DNA from: a virus
Taxonomy: Duplodnaviria > Heunggongvirae > Uroviricota > Caudoviricetes
Strand: one strand, 5' to 3'
DNA length: 64,000 nucleotides
IMG/VR virus record: IMGVR_UViG_3300014963_000512
Shown: positions 62,655-64,000 of the stretch, piece by piece
How positions within the stretch are numbered: the stretch's first letter is position 1
How the letters are laid out: each line of letters starts with the position of its first letter
Notes under the pieces: model-generated
The model's database searches: none
What the model saw: only the letters and a program-made list of their open reading frames with translations
Told to the model about the DNA's origin: nothing
Translations under genes and position numbers: made by a program

Positions 62655-64000
62655 ATGGAAGATTTTATTTACGCAAGACAGTCTGTTGATAAAGAAGACA
62701 GTATCTCTATTGAAAGCCAAATCGAGTTGTGCCTGCGTGAGGTAGGAAATAATCCGCACAGAGTATTTCGAGATAAAGGGTACAGCGGTAAAAATACAGA
62801 GCGTCCTGACTTTCAAGATATGATGGCCGCCGTTCGTGCTGGCGGCGCAAGACGAATTATTGTGTACCGCCTTGACCGAATCAGCCGTTCGGTTCTTGAC
62901 TTTGCAAATGTTATCAGTGAGCTGCAGAAGTACGGTGTTGAGTTCGTGTCTATTACAGAACGATTTGATACCTCAACACCTATTGGCAAAGCAATGCTGA
63001 TGATAGTCATGGTGTTCGCCCAGCTTGAACGCGAGACGATTCAACAGCGTGTCATGGATGCATACCGCTCACGCAGCAGAAAAGGCTTCTACATGGGCGG
63101 CAGAGTCCCTTACGGGTTTGAACTGGAAAACACTGTTATGGAGGGTATCAAAACCTGTATGTATAAACCCATTCCAGAACAGATACAGGTCGTGCAGCTT
63201 ATCTTTTCTCTGTATGCTATGCCGCAGGTTTCCTTTGCCGATGTGGTGCGCTACCTCAGCCAGAATGGAATTAAAAATCCTAACGGTAAAAACTTCAGCC
63301 GTATGCGCATCCGAGATATTATTACAAATCCTGTGTACGCTAAAGCAGACGCTTCTATTTTTGAATTCTTCCACGGGCAAGGAACCGAAATCATCAACGA
63401 CATCTCTCAGTTCATTGGAACAAATGGAGCTTATCTGTACACAGGGAACAAAGCGGCCAAACGCAAGAGCATTTCTCTTGACGGTCATGTCCTCGTTCTT
63501 GCTCCGCACGCAGGATGCATCGATGCTGATACATGGATTCGGTGCAGGCGCAAGTGCCTGAATGTGCGCCAGATAGCTAAGCCTGTGAAAGCAAAGAACA
63601 CATGGCTTGCCGGTAAAATCAAGTGCATTGATTGTGGGCACGCCCTCTCCCTGAAATCCTATCCCCGTAAACGCAGTGCAGACGCAAGGTACTACATCTG
63701 CAACAGCAAGTATGTTTCCGCATCCTGCGACGGCGTAGGCGCAATACAGGCCAGCGGAATTGAGGACATTGTCTTTGATGAAATGTCCCGCAAACTTAAA
63801 GAGTTCAACAAGCTTTCTTACAAGGAAAAGCACGGAGACCCCATCGAGCTTACCAAACTGAAAATCCGTGCAGAAGAAATCGAAAAAGAAATCGCCACGC
63901 TTATAGACAAAATCGTGTCTGCAAGCACAGCGACAATGGAATATATCAATGAGCGCATTGATGCACTCGATGAAGAGAAGAAAACGGTAAAAGAAAAAAT
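62655..64000 (+). CDS. large serine recombinase/integrase (3'-truncated by the window edge)
   Basis: Resolvase catalytic region IYARQSVDKEDSISIESQ, recombinase domain and Zn ribbon CIDCGHAL...YYICNS. gacggaggataccgATG. Confidence 0.85.
   Translation, partial: MEDFIYARQSVDKEDSISIESQIELCLREVGNNPHRVFRDKGYSGKNTERPDFQDMMAAVRAGGARRIIVYRLDRISRSVLDFANVISELQKYGVEFVSITERFDTSTPIGKAMLMIVMVFAQLERETIQQRVMDAYRSRSRKGFYMGGRVPYGFELENTVMEGIKTCMYKPIPEQIQVVQLIFSLYAMPQVSFADVVRYLSQNGIKNPNGKNFSRMRIRDIITNPVYAKADASIFEFFHGQGTEIINDISQFIGTNGAYLYTGNKAAKRKSISLDGHVLVLAPHAGCIDADTWIRCRRKCLNVRQIAKPVKAKNTWLAGKIKCIDCGHALSLKSYPRKRSADARYYICNSKYVSASCDGVGAIQASGIEDIVFDEMSRKLKEFNKLSYKEKHGDPIELTKLKIRAEEIEKEIATLIDKIVSASTATMEYINERIDALDEEKKTVKEK

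Larger units (their letters stand above)
1..64000. mobile_element. Segment of a large temperate phage/prophage (early, accessory, replication and nucleotide-metabolism regions)
   Basis: Co-oriented + strand gene array with Shine-Dalgarno sites. CI-like repressor, two recombinases, ERF/SSB/DnaB/primase/PolIII, NrdDG, many tRNAs and small Cys-rich ORFs. No capsid or terminase genes in the window. Confidence 0.8.

Overview
This window is the early and accessory half of a large temperate phage or prophage. Signals (AGGAGG-type RBS, an LPxTG protein, a large serine recombinase) point to a Gram-positive, probably clostridial, host; that is inference. Almost all genes are co-directional on the + strand. 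From the left it holds: several long structured non-coding stretches mixed with 10 canonical and 2 aberrant tRNA genes; HU; a radical SAM enzyme; then a tRNA-bounded accessory island (10.4-17.3 kb). The island encodes a JAB/MPN protease with a disordered tail, a ThiF/E1-like adenylyltransferase and two unknown proteins, then a retron-family reverse transcriptase flanked by three paralogous structured RNA units (one upstream, two downstream) and a metallophosphoesterase. Downstream lie an RNA-repair toolkit (RtcB, a DNA-ligase-like ligase, an Rnl-type RNA ligase), an SPFH protein and a glucosaminidase. Further along comes a run of small Cys-rich ORFs, then an XRE-controlled operon (Thg1-like enzyme, a second phosphoesterase, cysteine desulfurase, a Pol-beta nucleotidyltransferase, a CCA-adding enzyme). 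A lysogeny switch follows (LexA/CI-like repressor, MazF-like toxin, a tyrosine-recombinase-like protein), then a replication module (HD, ERF, SSB, Cas4-like exonuclease, DnaB, primase, Pol III alpha). A dNTP module (ThyX-family protein, dNMP kinase, 5'-nucleotidase, NrdH/NrdD/NrdG, SHMT, dUTPase), an LPxTG surface-protein moron and a truncated large serine recombinase run to the right edge. No virion structural genes are in the window. The most unusual element is the retron-type RT with triplicated, co-varying ncRNA cassettes, embedded next to E1/JAB genes. All domain calls come from motifs read directly in the translated ORFs; no database searches were run.
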